Virus record (IMG/VR): IMGVR_UViG_3300028591_000161
Span: 19,179-83,178 of that record
Strand: one strand, 5' to 3'
Source of the DNA: a virus
Taxonomy: Duplodnaviria; Caudoviricetes
DNA length: 64,000 nucleotides
Part shown: in pieces, positions 62,779-64,000 of the stretch
Layout: every line of letters begins with the position of its first letter
Position numbering within the stretch: the stretch's first letter is position 1
Notes under the pieces: generated by a model
Told to the model about the DNA's origin: nothing
Databases searched by the model: none
The model's input: only the letters and a program-made list of their open reading frames with translations
Program-made: the position numbers and the translations under genes

Positions 62779-63255
62779 ATGTTCACACAACGATACAAAC
62801 ATAAATTCACCATTGTTCAGTCCCAATTGATTGATGCATGGAATTCAATCAGCGATAAAATGATTGAAATATTTGGGAATCTGGGACCAAGACGACCAAA
62901 TGAATATTTCAAGAAAAGTTTCGATGCCATGGAGTATGAATTGAAAAAGCAGGATAATCTGATATCAAGAGTTCAATTCATGTTTCTGTATGATCCCATT
63001 TCTATGTGCACGTCATTCGCAATGATTGTTACTGTTAACGCGTCATTCATACCGGAGTGCGTTGATGAGATTTGTCAGAAATACTTTGATAAAATCGAAG
63101 ACGAAATGATGGATCATTTTAGACTTCCAAATGGTCATATTGCATCCGACGATGATATTAATGCCGTCATTAAGAATATGATCGAGAACTATGGAGCTGT
63201 GGTTATAGGATGGCGTTACGGCGATGGCGAATGGATGAATACTATTCCGTATTGA
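62779..63255 (+). CDS. Hypothetical protein
   Basis: RBS GAGGTG before ATG 62779. Confidence 0.7.
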   Translation: MFTQRYKHKFTIVQSQLIDAWNSISDKMIEIFGNLGPRRPNEYFKKSFDAMEYELKKQDNLISRVQFMFLYDPISMCTSFAMIVTVNASFIPECVDEICQKYFDKIEDEMMDHFRLPNGHIASDDDINAVIKNMIENYGAVVIGWRYGDGEWMNTIPY

Positions 63256-63267
63256 AGGAGGAAACAT

Positions 63268-63972
63268 ATGTCAATTAATTATGAATCCGCATGGAAACAA
63301 CTGAAAACATTTGTTTCAGATACGGAGGGTTATTCAAAGCCATATTCTTCCATTGGATTCAAGGCTGTCTTGCTTAAAATGGAAGAGCTGGAAAAGGCTT
63401 TGACCGATGAAGATATTATGGCGCCAAAAGACGAATCATCAACAATGATATCCAATATTCTCCACAAGTATAATTTGTCAACAGACGATACCGCATTACC
63501 GGATATCAAGATTAGTGACTTCGTGGTTGAACGTTCAAAACTCCCGAAATTCACTGCAGAAGATTTCAAGGTTGCAAAAGAAAATTTCGAGGCAAACAAC
63601 ATTGCTTATGGGATTGCTCATGAAATTGAAAGTCAATTGATTGAAGCTTCAAATGCTGCAGCACGAGAAATTGATACATGGATTCTGGATATATTCAAAA
63701 CGCTTTACGGTTGTAAAAGCGTTGACGATGTATATCTCAAGATAACTCATCAGCAATATTTCAACGAATTCAAACGTGTCATTGAACGCGTCAATGAACG
63801 ATTGGAATATATTGACAAATCGCAATCCCAATGCGAACGTAACGGAGACACAATAACATATTATCCGTTACATGGATATCGATTGAGTGCTCCTCGGGAA
63901 CCCATCAAACCTTCTGAGGAACTGTATCAGAGTCTGAAATCATTGTGGGAGGACGTATACAATGAAAATTGA
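63268..63972 (+). CDS. Hypothetical protein (234 aa)
   Basis: RBS AAGGAGG. Confidence 0.75.
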   Translation: MSINYESAWKQLKTFVSDTEGYSKPYSSIGFKAVLLKMEELEKALTDEDIMAPKDESSTMISNILHKYNLSTDDTALPDIKISDFVVERSKLPKFTAEDFKVAKENFEANNIAYGIAHEIESQLIEASNAAAREIDTWILDIFKTLYGCKSVDDVYLKITHQQYFNEFKRVIERVNERLEYIDKSQSQCERNGDTITYYPLHGYRLSAPREPIKPSEELYQSLKSLWEDVYNEN

Positions 63973-64000
63973 AAGCTGGAATATCAAACAGTCATCGACA
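63962..64000 (+). CDS. Start of a further gene, 3'-truncated (MKIESWNIKQSST...)
   Basis: RBS GGAGG before ATG 63962; frame open to the window end. Confidence 0.5.
   Translation, partial: MKIESWNIKQSST

Noticed and set aside
1-64000. Stop-codon reassignment as in some gut jumbo phages
   Set aside because: Genes are long, intact and tightly packed under the standard code; no fragmentation at TAG or TGA.
1-64000. tRNA genes, rRNA, CRISPR arrays, transposases or integrases
   Set aside because: No cloverleaf/T-loop signatures, regularly spaced direct repeats or recombinase motifs were found by eye.

Overview
This 64-kb window is part of a jumbo bacteriophage genome (about 40-42% GC by sampling, dense standard-code ORFs, strong GGAGG-type RBSs). 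The gene content points to an AR9/PBS1-like (phiKZ-related) phage of a Firmicutes host, probably Clostridia. It encodes three split multisubunit RNA polymerase subunits: beta'-C at 14340-16259, a large beta-N at 39851-44038, and beta'-N with NADFDGD at 54648-56030. A candidate AR9 gp226-like promoter-specificity subunit (52995-54635) lies directly upstream of beta'-N. Replication and repair genes include a family B DNA polymerase split into two genes about 44 kb apart, a GyrA/ParC-type topoisomerase subunit, an SF2 helicase and an SbcD-like nuclease. Other enzymes are DHH and calcineurin-like phosphoesterases and a NADAR protein. There is also a minus-strand tail-fibre/virion block, a holin and an amidase endolysin. 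The most notable observations are: (1) an intein in the endolysin whose +1 Cys is the predicted Zn ligand; (2) an AAAC-N7-TAA motif in front of six minus-strand, late-type operons, with the same geometry as the AR9 late promoter; (3) an ATATATT-plus-leader-hairpin architecture in front of non-structural genes; (4) a phage protein with a perfect type IV prepilin signal; (5) several unannotated structured non-coding segments, including a pseudoknot candidate at 13883-14035; (6) repeated hydrophobic-x-QE-[AGS] motifs suggesting prohead-protease sites. All family calls come from motifs recognised by eye and from recalled sequences. No database search was run. Several ORF starts were moved to the codon with an RBS, and a few small ORFs missing from the track were added.
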